DNA of 64,000 bases from Phoronis australis. Lineage: Eukaryota > Animalia > Phoronida. Shown here piece by piece: positions 62,288-64,000 of the stretch (position 1 is the first letter of the stretch; every line of letters starts with the position of its first letter). Both the position numbers and the translations under genes were made by a program. The stretch spans positions 228,444 through 292,443 of the forward strand of contig NMRA01000220.1 in NCBI GenBank assembly GCA_002633005.1, read 5' to 3'. The notes under the pieces were generated by a model. The model ran no database searches. It was not told where the DNA came from and saw nothing but the letters and a program-made list of their open reading frames with translations.

Positions 62288-64000
62288 ATGGAATTGTCAG
62301 CGTTAGGTACATACGTCTTATTGCTTCAAAGTGTTGCTGTGTTCTTTCTTGCAGTTTTGACCGTGTGTTGCATAAAATGTCAGCGAAGGCTTTCAAAGGC
62401 AGTCGAGATAAAACAGTCAACAGAAGATGGGGAAGTTATTACTGTTCAAGAACTTAATTTCGAGCCACAAAAACCATCAATGTCTGAAAGAGACATGGGG
62501 AATCCAGATCATCTAGTGCCACCTCAACCCGCAGAAATTATTGATTCTCAAAAGGAAAGCACGGAAGATTTTGTCGAATTGAATTCCGCAGTTGGCGACA
62601 CAGACGAAGATATTCATGTTTTCGCAGAAATACGTAAAAACAGTCTGTTATCAGGTCTTGAAAAAGTGAAATCCCAGACTGGGAAATTCAGACAATTTTT
62701 ATTACCAAAAGCTGCGCGTAAACACAAAAAGAAGAAAAAACGACATAAAAAAACTTCCAAAGACGGTGAAACTGACGCTAATGAGATTGGGGAGGGCCAA
62801 AACATAAAATGGAAAGACAGAAAAAAATACAAGGATAAGCACTGTGCTCCGGCAGTAGAAGTTGTCAAACTCCCCTGCAGTGAAGGAGATATGATTCTAA
62901 AGATCGAAGACAATGACAACAGAAACGTCTTATATGGATACACAGGTGACTCCGACAAGATCCTCGTAAAAGACGCAACTACGTCCAATGGTAGTCTCAT
63001 TGACTCTTCTATGAGTTTGGATGAATGTTTTAATCCAGCACTTGGAGACAATTCCCATGCTACATCCACGTTCTCCATTATCTCCGATCGTGAAAAGATC
63101 GTTGGAAAATTATTGGAAAAAGATGTTAGTGCTTCAGCTGAAAGCCTGACTGTACCAATATGTGACACGGTATGTGAGGATTTTAATCCACCTTACACGG
63201 AGGAGGAGATTCATAACTGGGAAATGAACGCATGTGATGCAGAACTATTGTCTGTTTTCAACTCTAGCCATTTAGAAATTTATCCCTCAAAAATGGAAAG
63301 TGGTAGTGACCAAAAATTTCAAAATACAATGGATAAAGGCAAAACAGTTGAAGTAACTGAGACGATTGATGCTGTACATCAGCGATATGACGAAAAGACA
63401 CCGATGTTCAGAGAATTTCCTGGAGCTGATGGGGACGAGGAGGAACATCGTCTAGAAGAACAGAGTTCATTCAAAGTCGTCAAATCTCCAGGGAATCCGC
63501 AAAATCACGAATCCCAATACCCAAAGAACGCCAAAACAAGTCCATTGGTTGAAATCATGGATTTTAAATCTTTGCTGGAAATTGCACGGTCCAAAGAGTC
63601 AGCAGAAACAGAGGAGCGCCATGGAATATCTGCTGGAAATTTTTCAACTCAATATCCATTCACACCTAAATTTACAACTGCCAGTGTAGATGACCAAAGC
63701 AATGCAGACTACGCAAGAAAAGACGACTTGACCAGTGTTTTAAAACAAAAACGTGGAAAGTCGTCGCCTCTTTTGAAAACCTACGACAAAGTATTTCATA
63801 GTTCCAGACAAGACACTCCCAAACCCATATACCCTTATAGGAGAAACCAAGGTGGTTTTGGCGAGCTTCAGAAAAACGAAAACGGAACCAATCATCTTCA
63901 ACCCATAGAAATAGGCAGAGATAAAGGACGTTTGTCCCCTGTGTACTTAGACATTACCGCTCGTGCCCATTCTGTGAGCCCAATCCATGAGAATAGTTTG
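62288..64000 (+). CDS. Uncharacterised single-pass membrane protein (N-terminal anchor, CCxxC, long low-structure tail), 3'-partial, at least 571 codons
   Basis: ATG in ggaATGg context after an in-frame TAA. Reads MELSALGTYVLLLQSVAVFFLAVLTVCCIKCQRRLSK..., with no stop codon found by hand translation to the window end. Confidence 0.85.
   Translation, partial: MELSALGTYVLLLQSVAVFFLAVLTVCCIKCQRRLSKAVEIKQSTEDGEVITVQELNFEPQKPSMSERDMGNPDHLVPPQPAEIIDSQKESTEDFVELNSAVGDTDEDIHVFAEIRKNSLLSGLEKVKSQTGKFRQFLLPKAARKHKKKKKRHKKTSKDGETDANEIGEGQNIKWKDRKKYKDKHCAPAVEVVKLPCSEGDMILKIEDNDNRNVLYGYTGDSDKILVKDATTSNGSLIDSSMSLDECFNPALGDNSHATSTFSIISDREKIVGKLLEKDVSASAESLTVPICDTVCEDFNPPYTEEEIHNWEMNACDAELLSVFNSSHLEIYPSKMESGSDQKFQNTMDKGKTVEVTETIDAVHQRYDEKTPMFREFPGADGDEEEHRLEEQSSFKVVKSPGNPQNHESQYPKNAKTSPLVEIMDFKSLLEIARSKESAETEERHGISAGNFSTQYPFTPKFTTASVDDQSNADYARKDDLTSVLKQKRGKSSPLLKTYDKVFHSSRQDTPKPIYPYRRNQGGFGELQKNENGTNHLQPIEIGRDKGRLSPVYLDITARAHSVSPIHENSL

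Noticed and set aside
62307-62354. Possible 48-nt intron near the start of the terminal ORF
   Set aside because: It is in frame, stop-free and encodes a coherent transmembrane helix; the apparent polypyrimidine tract reflects Phe/Leu codons.
62614-63168. 184-aa minus-strand ORF
   Set aside because: Antisense shadow of the much longer plus-strand frame starting at 62288.

Overview
Eukaryotic, intron-rich and transposon-dense DNA, probably from a marine invertebrate. The main content is a tandem pair of closely related nicotinic acetylcholine receptor alpha-subunit genes (alpha9/alpha10-like, cation-type) on the + strand. Only the last two coding exons of the upstream copy are in the window (4486-7080). 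The downstream copy can be fully reconstructed as 10 coding exons (24245-51085, 467 aa) and carries a tandemly duplicated, frameshifted extra copy of exon 4. Comparing the two copies gives filled and empty sites for several DNA transposons (5-bp TSD, AT TSD, 4-bp TSD and one with no TSD) and for 6-bp TACATGTA/TAGGCCTA excision footprints. The intergenic regions hold Academ, Sola3-like, Kolobok, THAP, SINE and long foldback (Crypton-like) relics. The window ends in a long open frame absent from the ORF track (62288 to beyond 64000), encoding an N-terminally anchored membrane protein with a CCxxC motif and a long disordered tail. All alignments and family calls were made by eye or from recalled motifs; no searches were run.
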